A DNA stretch of 48,393 nucleotides, from assembly GCA_010093745.1 (NCBI GenBank), contig MU006034.1:1-48393 (forward strand). The letters are read 5' to 3'. This DNA is from Piedraia hortae CBS 480.64 (lineage: Eukaryota). The position numbers were made by a program, and so were the translations under genes. Of this stretch, positions 33,111 to 44,603 are shown piece by piece (positions within the stretch are counted from its first letter, which is position 1; the number at the start of each line of letters is the position of its first letter). Under the pieces are notes generated by a model. The model was given only the letters and a program-made list of their open reading frames with translations. It searched no databases and was not told where the DNA came from.

Positions 33111-34565
33111 ATGGAAGAGGAAGAGATCAAGTTCTGGTCAGGTGTGTGTGTCTGTCCATGTTGCTGTTTGCCCGACTGACGACCAGATCTCGACGCTGTT
33201 GTCAACACCCCATGCCAGGGGCATGAGGAGATTGACAACGTTCTACGTTCATATCTTGATCTTTCCAGCCAGTTTAAACGTATGCTCTTTTGGAGTATCT
33301 GTTCCCGCTAATCCTCCCTTCCAGAAGGCAGCCGTTCGGAGCATGACATTGCAAGATGCAGCTATATCCTGCTCAAGTCAAAAGTGTTTCGATCAAACCA
33401 GGACTATGTGCGTCGTCAGTTTTTGTATTGCCTGCTCCAGGTGTGTTTTGCTGCTCCGTTTTCTACGCCAGACTAAGTTGAGTAGGAAGACGATGTGCAA
33501 GTCCTCTACACGGTTTCGGCCATGCTACTGTCGGATGGCCGGGTCAACGAGTCGACATTCGAGCTCATGCAAAGCGAGAGTGCCTTCCCACGTCTAATAG
33601 AATTGGTTCGTGGCGGAGACGCTCATGAACGCGGTTTCCACAAGCTCCTCCTTGAATTGCTCTACGAAACCACGCGCTGTCAGAAGCTCGCGCCCGAGGA
33701 GATGAACACCGTTGATGACGATCTCATTTTACATCTTTTCCAGCTGATAGAAGACGTGTCGGACGACGCAGATGACCCTTATCACTACCCCATTATTAGA
33801 GTGCTGCTTGTGCTGAACGAGCAATACATGTGCCATGTGGCTCCGAACCGCGTTATCGGCCTTCTATCCATTCATGGCCCGAAATATCGGACATTTGGCG
33901 AAAATTTGATCATCCTGCTGAACCGCGAGGTTGCGCTGAGCCCGCAGCTGCTCATCTTGAAGATTCTGTACCTCCTCTTTACTACGCCGGCGACGTTTGA
34001 ATACTTTTACACCAACGACCTGCATGTTCTGGTTGATGTTGTGATCCGCAACCTATTGGATCTGGATCCGACATCTGGCAACGAACGGGACGGCCAAACC
34101 GCTCTGACCCATACCTATCTACGCGTGCTCTGTCCGCTTTTGAAAAATAGCCAATTAGCCCGGCAGAGCACCCACTACAAGGCTGAAGAAGTCCGGAGGC
34201 TGCTGCATCTCTTAGTCAATTCGTCATCTGCGCACTTTGCTCCCGTAGATGAGACCGTTCTAAGGCTTGTGAAACGGTGCAGGCAAATTGAATGGCTCAG
34301 GGAAGATGACGACGAAAAGGATCGTGTGATTGAGCAGAAACTGGCAGGCGTTAAGCCTAGTTCGAAGGATGTGGCAAATAAGGCACTTGGAATGTCTTTT
34401 GGGCAAGAAGGTGATAGCAGCATTAGCGTAACCGAAGTGGCTGCCAAAGTTGCAAAGGAGAAGCCGAGTCTTCCGGCGCCAAGGCGCAAAAAGAAGGCTG
34501 CTAATGGTCAGCTAAAGCCTCCACCGCTCCAGACAAAGTGCAACGCGGCCTCAGACGGGCGCTGA
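33111..34565 (+). CDS. LDB17: Ldb17/Dip1 (SPIN90/WISH family) Arp2/3 activator; 4 exons
   Basis: Starts MEEEEIKFWS|DLD. Introns at 33142-33186, 33280-33324 and 33441-33485. Motifs DDPYHYPIIRVLLVLNEQYM, YRTFGENLIILLNRE, EYFYTNDLHVLVDVVIRNLLDL and HTYLRVLCPLL. Confidence 0.88.
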
Positions 34566-35209
34566 TGATCACAGTCCTTTTGCGGACGATAATGCCCCAA
34601 CGAGACAACCACCTTTGTCCTGATCAGAAACAAAGTCTCCTTGCGTAGGGTGGATGAAGACGCAGGCACAACCAGTTTTGACAGGCGTTCTGCAAGGGCC
34701 CGCATACATATTGTTTGGACTATCAAAAGCTATTCATAATGCTATATACATGCTGTAACAGCTTCTCAAACGACATTCCTAGAGGTTGCTAACGTGTAGC
34801 TATCTTCGAGGCGTTCTTGTGGCTGAGTGAAGACAGCATCAACATCTTCCACCACCGTTGCACAGCGTTAGGCTGCACAAGTCCTGTGCAACAACCTGCG
34901 GAACTGCTGCAGGGTCTAATCGTCGTACATTAGGGCCTCTATCTGGACCAGATCACCGAGTCGGGAACCCTCGGTGAAACGGCCTTCATTACCACCTACA
35001 ACAGTCCTACCGGAATCCCTTGGCCCTCCATCCCTTGTGGTCCCCCTTGTGAAAGAAGATCTCGTGCAAACGGCTCTCACTGAACACGAGCCGATGCCGT
35101 GGCGGAACTCTTCGCTGTTCGATCTTGTGCTGCAAGGCCTGGACATATCCTATATAAACCATGGCTCCGACCAGGGCATACTCCACCACTTCCTGGAAAT
35201 CTGTCAATC

Positions 35210-37712
35210 ATGAAGTTCTTGACTGCGCTGGGCATTTTTGCCTTGGCCATTGATATGACCCGAGCTTGTGTGTTTTGATGATGCCGCTACCTGTTCTTGC
35301 TGACGATATGAAGATGTTATAGGCCATCCTGACAATTGCACCCTTTCAGTCCACCCCATGCCTACTGGTCATCACAGCGGGCACCCATGCAAAGGGGTCA
35401 ACGGGAGTTGCAGCATCCCAAGCACTCTTGCAACGGCACCTTCAGAGACTGTTGAGCCCATTCTCACCTCCAACTTGCCGTACGGTTTCCCGCTACCTTA
35501 TTCGCACTCGACAGCTCCGGGGTCTTCGGTTGTCGTCCCATCGAGTGCTGGATCCATTCAGCCTAGCGTCACTTCTATTCCTCTACCTCCTCCTCCGTCG
35601 CCTCCGGCTAATTCGAGCTCGGCGACCCCTTCGTCCTCTGAAGCGGTTGAGCCAGTGCTGACCTCTGTGCCGCCAACAAGCTTAACGGTGGCACCTTCGA
35701 GCTCGACTATCTCTTCGTCCACTGAATCTGTCGAGCCAGTGTTGACTTCTTTGCTTCCAACAATCTCACCAGTGGCACCTTCGTTATCTGGACTTCCACG
35801 CACATGCAGCGTGGGAGCCGACGGGAGTTGCGAGGATGTCTCGTCTACAATTTCCACCCTTCCATCTCCGCCTTCTTACACCTATATGCCTCCGAATATC
35901 CCACCTAAGCCGAGCTCGAGCTCAATGGGGCCTATACTGATCTCTACGGCTAGTTCTGTTCCGTCGGAATCTCCATCTACAAGCTCACCATCGATTGAAC
36001 CTATCCTTAGCACTACAGTTGCTCCTATCCCGTCCTTCACTGGCTTGCCTCGTACATGCAGCGTTGTGGTCAATGGAAGCTGCGTGAATGCCCCTTCTAC
36101 AACCACTAGCTCATCCTCAGAATCAGTTGAACCGATCTTGACCTCGCTGCCGCTGCCAACAAACACCTCGACGGCTTATATTCCTTCATTCACCGGTATG
36201 CCTCACACATGCAGTGTCATGGTCAACGGAAGTTGTTATACAACTGCTCCCTTGCCGACTACAACAACGGTATCTTCATCGGAATCAGTTGAGCCGATTT
36301 TGACCTCTCTACCACTGCCAACAGATACTTCAACGGCGACATATCCTCCATACAATCCTTCTTTCACCGGCCTGCCTCGCACATGCAGCGTCATGGTCAA
36401 CGGTAGCTGTGTGGCTTCAACGACCTTGCCCGTGTCCATCAGCTCAACCATATCACTCACCATGACGGTTCCCACCAGCTCAAGCTCGGAGTCAGTTGAA
36501 CCCATTCTGACTTCCCTACCGGCCACGACTACTGTTTCCACCTCGATCCCGTTGCCGCTCCCTGTGAATTCAAGTACGAGCTCAGAGGCGGTTGTGCCGA
36601 CTTTGACGTCTCTACCGCCGCCGCCGCCTGTTCATTCTTCCCATACACAAACCAGCTCGAGGGTGAGATCTTCGTACAAGCATTCGACTGCAACGAAGTC
36701 CTCTTCTTCTACAGTCTCCTCCAGTTCCAGCACCCTGCTCAGCACAGCGACGACCCCTGGAAGTTCAACTAGCTCCTCAAGCTCGCCGTCAGCTGAGCCA
36801 ACATACTCTAGCGTCTCAAGTACATGCAGCATGATGGTGAACGGAAGCTGTGTCTCTGCTCCGGTAGCCACGTCCACCCCTCCACCAAGCTCAGCTGCAC
36901 CAAGCTTCTCATCTTCCTCATCCAGCTCTGAATCAGTCGAACCAATCCTCACCTCCCTCCCGCCCACTACAACCCCAACCCCATCATCTTCCGGCCTACC
37001 TCGCACCTGCAGCGTTGGCACGGGTGGGAACTGTGACGAGACGTCTTCTTCTTCATCCGTCTCTCCCTTGACCTCGACGGAATTGTCCACGTCTGTCCCG
37101 ACTTCAACGGAAGCGTCTTCAACCGTCATTTCGATGGAGTCGTCCACGATCATCTCAACCTCGACGGAGTCATCCTCCATCCCCACCTCGACAGAGACGG
37201 TATCGTCTTCTTTCGTCTCTCCCACGACCTCGACGAAATCATCTTCCTCCGTCGCCACTGCAACGGCGTCATCTACCTCCATCCTCACTTCGACTGTGAC
37301 GGAGTCGGCCACGCCCGTCCCAACCTCAACTTCAACCTCGACGGAGTCATCTTCCTCTGTTCTCACTTCGACTGAAACACCTTCCGCCGCCTTGACCTTG
37401 ACGGAGTCATCCTCTGTCCCCACGTCAGCTTCGTCCGTCGCCACCTCAACAGAGCCATCAACCTCTCCCTCGACCACTCCCACCCCCTCTTCCTCGACCA
37501 ACATCCCCACATCCCTAATCACCGTCGAACTCACAAGCATGAGTACATTCACCCTCATCCCAACGTCCACCTCATCCGAATCAGTCGAACCCGTCCTCAC
37601 TTCAACAACTACTCCCCTTCCGTCGTACGGAGGCGGATACGGATACGGAAACCCAAAGGGGTATGGGCCTTCGTCTTCCACTCTCAAGATCGGGAGGTTT
37701 TTCTTGCACTAA
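35210..37712 (+). CDS. Secreted Ser/Thr/Pro-rich repeat glycoprotein (cell-wall/adhesin-like); 2 exons
   Basis: Signal peptide MKFLTALGIFALAIDMTRA in exon 35210-35267. The intron at 35268-35313 joins in frame to the long ORF. Repeated SESVEPILTSLP and GLPRTCSVxVNGSC modules. Confidence 0.8.
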
Positions 37713-38019
37713 GATGGAATAAGAGATAGGGACGTTTGAGTAGGTAGTTAGGTAGTTGAATATATATATCTTTTTGGGGGCTTTTCTCTTCAGGGTTTTG
37801 GGGGTGATGCATTCGTTCTTATATGTATGGTGATTTTGTGGTCGCGAAAGGGTATGCATATTGCCGGGAAATAATACCTAAACATGGTTGGCGAGGTAAT
37901 GTTTAGTATTAAGGTTTGGGGATTGAGTTTAGGTTTCCAGGGTGGTGGTTTGGATTGCGGTGCAGGATGAGTGACTCTGATGGAAAGATTTTGATCTGAC
38001 AGTATGGTGGTCTGACCTA

Positions 38020-39650
38020 GCTATCGTCGCTGGGGGGCGATATGACTGACGACTTCTACTGGATTTATACAGTTCACGGTGCATGACTCCCTCGTAACCT
38101 CCACACACTTAATTCTTGCCTCGCACGATGAGTATGGCGCCCATGACCCAACTTTTGAATGCCTTGATAGTGCTGTTGGTGGGATCTTCATGGGGCGCAG
38201 TACTGACATATCACTTGTAGACGATTTGGTAGGGTCGCATGTATATACATCTTGATGGCAGCTTTGGTTGACTCACTGGGATGCCTGTTCTAGTGATCTC
38301 GATGGCCACCCTGTAAGGTCGTCAGCCATAGGAGCAAAGGCCGTGCCTATACGCAGCGGATGTGTTTAGGGGAGAAATAGCCACTGTGTTGCGGAGATAT
38401 GTCCAGTTCCACGCGGGGAGGAGAGACCGTGGCTGACCATACGATGTGGACATGTTAAAAGAGAAAAATTCACTGTGTTGTGGAAACATGTCCAGTTCAG
38501 TGCTGCAAAGCTGGGCACAGCGATTGTGGCCGACACAAAGTTCCACGAACAAAATCACCGGGCAACTCTGTGTTTCGCTTGACGGTTCCATTCGGGCTCT
38601 TCCCCTTTCACCGTTTCCTTCACCCTCTCTGCACGACTTCGCCAGAAGGCCACTTTGACATCAAAGCAAATCTGAAAGCGAATACCCTTGTCTTGTACCC
38701 ACTGTATCCGCAGTATCGGCTGTGAACCTCGTCGATGGGGACATATGTGGACTTGGCACGCCAGTTGCCGCCAGGTGATACTAATAGGCGTCCCATTTGC
38801 TCATCACTGTACTCATGGAGCGGCCAAGTCCGACCAAGAGTGCCCTGAGGAAACAGCAGCGGGTACTGTTGAAGCATGGCATGACTGAGGAACACAGTGC
38901 CACGAACGCTGCTCAATATCCGATATGGATTCGGGTGTAAAAGTGAAAGCTTGGCTCATTGTCCTCATTAGGGTTAATCGCAGCGACCTCGCTGGGAGAT
39001 TAGGCCGGCAAGGATCGATCGTGCTTATATGATCAGCTTCAGCACCAAGCGGTCGTCAGTGCTGGGATCATAATGTGTGCTGTGTGATAGAAGTCGATTA
39101 AAGGGTTGTGGCACTCATGCAGCATGTCGACGAGCTGTCGGGGATGTGTCCTTCGGTCCGCCGTTGTTCTGGACTCAGAAATCTGTGGCAAAGCAGGGCT
39201 ATTGAGATATTGCTGCGCGGAGCATGGTGCTGAGGCTGACCGCAACGGCCCTTGGAGATGGTAAAGCTTGCCCTGGACGACGAAGCTTTGGTTGGCTGCT
39301 GCGCGTTGCTGCCACTGCTCCTGTCAGAAAAAACAGTAGAATGACTATCAGGTCCTTGGAAGCGCTGGTCCCTATGCCAAGTTGCTGTACTCGTGGATGT
39401 TTCGAAGGAACTCTGCGAAATCAGGGTGGTTTCCACACCATAGAACAGCAAACATTCCGGCAGAGAGGGGGTTTCCACGGCAATCTTCCCGTGATCGCAG
39501 CAGGTATTATGATCGTCTTCCGAGGTTTGGTCTCGTCCTTGTAACAAGGACTTTGCAGTACACACATTGTACTTTGTGGGGGCCGAGATGATATTTCTCA
39601 GGGAACCCCTAACGGTCGTGGCCATGTAGGAGATTCGAGCCTTGCATCCA
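38020..39650 (-). mobile_element. Degenerate Helitron (Rep N-terminal region) relic
   Basis: Ordered, frameshifted motifs: CCDHGKIAV (~39500), EFLRNIHEYSNLA (~39400), KLYHLQGPL...LVDMLHECHNPLIDFYHTA (~39080-39270) and QYPLLFPQG (~38850). All are typical of fungal Helitron RepHel N-termini. Ends not defined. Confidence 0.72.
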
Positions 39651-40474
39651 TGGCTACTCGAGGCCTCCTAAATTAACGCGAACGACAGCCTTGGCAGATC
39701 TGGTAAAAGCCATGGTCAGGCAAGCTCGCTTTCGTGCTGAGCGCTGCGTCCTCTGCGCGCCGATTGCAACCGTCACTGCACGTTGGTAGATCCTCACCAC
39801 GAACTCCAAAGGAGCGCCTGTGCGGCGACAATGGGAACAAAAAAGTATGTTTGTTGATGAGGAAACTTGGCCTGCTAACTGGATCCGAAATTGACATAAA
39901 GTGGGGGCCACGTGAGTCTTGGCGCACAATTGCGTTATTAGACTTTTTGGTGGACTTGGAGTGTACCCGCGCTAGCCAAATTGAGCTCATTGCTTAGAGA
40001 TGTATAAATGTACACTCGTTTACTCTTTTTTTTTTTTTTGTTGTGGCTGCCAATCGTGCGAGTCAAGTAGGTTTAACTTTGGCCTCGTGTGGTCTGAAAA
40101 GGGGACAGATTAGCATGCCTAGACCACGCAACACTTTTCGGGCTACGATTAGACTTGGGTTGTACGAATGTACCATTCAGTTAACTCCATGTTTTGTGCA
40201 GCAAAAAGGGTGTATAGCGCAAACTCCATTGGTAACGGAACGGCTGCATGCAAACCGTCTTCATAGTTGTATTCATCCACCAGCTCAGCCGCAATTTCAA
40301 TTCCCCCATTAAGTCATAGTCATGATCCAAGCTGCGATAAGCATTCCACCTCCTCCAGAAGTAATCAAAGTTGAGAGATACCACATGTCATCAGGGAAGA
40401 ACAAAGTACATATACAAATGCCTCAACCATTCCCAATTCATTAACGATCTCACACTCTGATCTCTTCGTCCCCA

Positions 40475-43400
40475 TTACCTCCATTGCCGAAACAACCCCG
40501 AGCTTTCCTCCTCCCCTTCCACTCCCCTTTCGCAGGAGCGGGCGCGGGAACCTCTACCTCTTCTTATTCCACCGGCTACTCTTCTTCTCCCACCTCCTCC
40601 TCCTCCCATTCTTGTACCTTCTTCGCCCGTTCCCCTCGTCCCTTGGGCTCGGCTGCGGGTGCCTTCTTCTTCCACATTGAGACGGGGCAGGCTCCTGCTG
40701 CTTAGCCAACTTCTCCTCTTCACGCTTCTTCCTAGTCAGAATCGCTTCGTTGGCCTTAACGGCCGCTTTGCGGTGGAGAAGAACTGCGCGCGGAAGTTCC
40801 TCTTCTGCGAGCGCAGGAGGCTCTACAGTCTTTGCCTTTTCCTTATTTCTGGCCGTGGCTTTCTTGGCGGGGGCTTCATGCATTGGCTGCGCTGGTTCAT
40901 CAGACTCCGCAGCCTCAGCCTCGGCAGGTTCAGCTGCTTCGACAGCTTCGGCAGGTTCTGCAGCCTCCTTCCTAGCTTTCGCCCTAGCCTGGGCTTCGCA
41001 GGTGCTTTCTCCTTGGTGGGGGCTTTCCTCTTCCGCGTGGCCTTTTTCTTGGCAGGCGAGGCCGGTTTGGGTGATCCTTCCTTCTTTTGTGCAGGGGCGG
41101 GGGAAGCTTGCAGCGTTTTTGCAATTTCGGCCGGGAATTGTACGTTTTGCGGTGGCTCTGCCATTCCTTCGTTTTCTGGCGAAAGAGATTCTTCGGGGAA
41201 TTCTTCCTCGGGGAATCCTTCTGCGATTTCTGGGTGAACTTGTTGAGACGGCAAGCCCTGGGGTGGGATTGGGAGTGAAGGGGATGGGGGTGGTACATCT
41301 GGTCGTGCAGAGGATGAGACCGGTTGTGGAGGTGCCGCCGCTGGAGATCTAGAAGCACGCAAGGACTTTGGTGCTGGAGCGCGTATGGGCGTTTGAGTCC
41401 GATGGCCCGAAGACGCAACATGTCCAGATGTTCCCGCGGCTGCGGATGCAGAGGCTGCGGCTGCCGCTGGTGCCGTGGGTGTGGGCGTGCTTCTTGGGCT
41501 CTTCTTTTGGCGCGGATCAGCCTCGGCGTCCACGGCCAGGTGATTGAGGGATGCTTGGGACGGCTGTATAGGCGGCGCAGGTGGTACTTCTGTCGGCTAT
41601 GGCACCGGTGGCATGTCGTCGTCCACGTTCATTGGTCCGGGTTGTGTTGCTTTGACCACTTCCTTGGCTATTTCTTTGGCAAGCTCCCTTCCTTCACTGG
41701 GAATGTAGGCTTTGAAGGGGAGTCCTGGTTCGCCTCCGCCAGGAAAGTGGACGTTCCTGTCGTAGTTTCGCTGTGGCTTTATGGTCTTGTCTTGATGAAA
41801 TACAGGATCTTCGTGCAGCTTTTTGCCCACATTGAATCTCTCCTTGAACGGGAGCCAGTAGCAGTTGCCCCAATCGCCCTTGAAGATTCCGAAGCCAGGA
41901 TCATTGGCCAGGGCGTCGCGCAATTCAATACGCATATTTCGAACAATGATTTCCCCATTTTCGTCGAGGAGTTTTCCCTGGTCCAGAAGTTTTTTTCTGC
42001 TCAATGTCTTCTGCGTGTGCCTTTCGGATCAAGTTCAGAATCTCGCTGTATGAAGGCCTGTTGTCAGGATCGTCGGCCAGGCATTCCTCCACTGGGCCGG
42101 TCAGCTATGCACTATAGTTGCTCTTGCACCACGGGTCGAGTTGAACTTGATCGCGGAGGGTTGACGGGTCACGCTCAACCACGGACTTTTGATCCCAGGC
42201 AATATAGTTGTCAGCATTAGAAGCCAGGTCGATGCATGACCACAGCACAATGCCTAGGCCACATATATCGCTTCTGAGGGTGGGCAGCTCATTACCTTCC
42301 ACCACTTCACGTCCCCTCGCGTCCCTTGTGTCGACATTTAACCAGTCGGTTGATACATACTCATAATCTCGAGAGATAATGCATGCTAGGCCAAAACTCG
42401 CAGTCTTCGGATTGGGGTATACCCAATATCGGTTTACGGAAGGAGTGCCGAGGACAATGTTGTTCGATTTGATATCGCGATGAAAGATTTGTTCCCACTG
42501 GATGAAAAAAAGCGCCATGCGGGATCGGTTTCGTCCAGTGTACCGTATGTCATGATTTGACCCACCCTGGCCATAGACTCCACCAAGTGCCAAAGGAGGG
42601 GCTCTGGAATCATGCCCAAAACAGACTTCGCGTTGTTTCCCACAATTCGGCGCAGCTTATGGAAGCCCCAACCCGTCGGGTCTGCCCTATCATCCATGAT
42701 CATTCCATCAACATCGTCCAGGGGGCAGTATTCCATATAAAGCCGAAGTCGATAAAAGTACACTAGCTCTTTATAGTGAATCCTGTAGTTGCGTATGGCG
42801 GTAATGTTCTCGGAGCCAACAAGATTGCGCATTAGGTATGGTGCCATAATCTCAGTTGGGATAAATTTTTTATCGGGCTTGAACATCCAGGTCCAATTTT
42901 CGACACCTACGCTACCGGTTTTGACTGCAATTCGGTCGGTAATCATTCGCTGATCGTTGAGTTGTACCCATAAGACAACTTGCCCGAAGCCTCCCGATTA
43001 CATTGGCCACGTTCCAACCCAGTCTTGCGGCATGTGAAATGCCTTGCGAACAGCCTCATGCTTATTACGAAGTTCTTCCAAGTTCTCACTGGTAGGTTCA
43101 GGTGGCTCTACACAAGGCCATAGATCCCCAGGCCAACGAATCCACTTTTTCCATCTCCGCCTTATCTTTCTCCAGAAGGTTCAATACTTCCGAAATATAG
43201 GGTAGATCCGCCAAAGGCTTCAACATTCGGATAAGAGTGAACAACATAGCAATCAATCTACTTGCCACCCGTTTGTAATCATTGACGAATTTCTTAGACA
43301 CATGTTGGTATGATTCTCCATAGTTGGTTGGATAAACTGCGAGCAAGATTTCAAATTTATTGTCAACGGTCTCGTAAGCCTAGGTGATACGCCCAAGGTC

Positions 43401-43634
43401 CCATATCCTTGGCAACTCGGATTCGGGCTCACTTCGCAGAAGCCCGGACTGCTTTGTGCTTTGCCGAATAAGCGCAAGGGCGTTGAAGTTTCCATGCCAT
43501 TCTGTGCGGAAATGGATGTATAACTGACACCAAGTGGTGATGATATCATCGTACTCGTCATGGCTTTCCGATGACTCTGCACTGTCGTTATCGTGTACAT
43601 CTTGCTCATGCGGCTCTGCGTCGTTGTGGTCCAT
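40475..43634 (-). pseudogene. Disrupted Ser/Thr protein kinase gene with N-terminal extension and low-complexity Pro/Ala/Lys/Glu tail
   Basis: Kinase motifs SGGFGQVVLW, RIAVK, RLYMEYCP, IPEPLLWH, IFHRDIKSNNIVL, ASFGLA (DFG altered) and SDICGLG. In-frame stops at 43380-43382 and 42998-43000. Frameshifts near 43100, at the A7 run 42505-42511, and further downstream. Confidence 0.7.
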
Positions 43635-44603
43635 CTTGGTTGGTAGCGGGTGGGTATCCAAAATGCCCTTACAGAACCTCATGGGGAATCTTTGCGTAGA
43701 CCATAAACGAGACATAAAGGATTTGTCTAGACAAAGACCAATGCGGCCGGTTTCCGGATGCAGTGCTCATTATCTGTCACTTGGCTGATCCGAACTGTTG
43801 ACAGGATATGACCCGTCGCATCACGGAAGAGAGTTCTGCCTATCCAAACTTATAATGGCCACTTGATTGCCATGGCATTTCGCAAGACCTGCATGACGCT
43901 TGAGAATTGTTTGCAAACAGGCTTGGTTTTTGTCCATGATGATGCGGAAACGAAAACGCTAAAGCCCAAGTCCCGCAAAGGAAGAATCACGTGCCATAAC
44001 AAACCTCCAACGGAACCGTCTGATGGGGTTGTTTCCCAGGCTTGATGATTAACAGAAGCAGAAGTGCGCCCACGATGCGCAGTGAGGGAGCTCGTGTGTC
44101 CGTGGGGGATCCCGTCGGAGCGGCCCGTGCCGCACTTTGACGCGTTCGCGTAGAGCAGTCTATGGAGAACACAATACGATCTTACCAGCTAGTTGCAACT
44201 ATCCGCCGTTTCGCTCTATATAGCATACCGACTATCATACACGACTCCTCTTGCTGTAGAATATTCAGATCGGTGTCGACGCGGCTCCTTCTGCTGCCGA
44301 GATACCGTCGTGCCTTTGAGCGTCGTGGAAGCACATCGATTAGCTCGGCTCGATGCGTTCCAGGCTAGGCAAATGTTGCAGTCTTCACACTAATAACCTT
44401 GAGTCTCAACTAAGTAGGGCGCAAGGCCTTTGGAAAGTCTTCCACAACGCAGGCTTGCCTCACCATCGTAAGCATGAAGAAGATGCAGCCGATCCGCGCA
44501 CACCAAACTAGGCAAACAGTGCATGTCCAGTGAATGTTAAAAGAATGTTCCAGGCTGCATTCCCTTACACCCCTCAAAGACTCTCGTTCCTCTTCACGGC
44601 AAT

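Noticed and set aside
35358..37620. CRISPR-like repeat-spacer array
   Set aside because: The repeats are in-frame peptide repeats that vary at synonymous sites with irregular spacing, in a eukaryotic gene with no cas genes nearby.
37872..37911. Small AT-rich inverted repeat (AATACCTAAACAT...ATGTTTAGTATT)
   Set aside because: Short, imperfect and single; too little evidence for a MITE or terminator.
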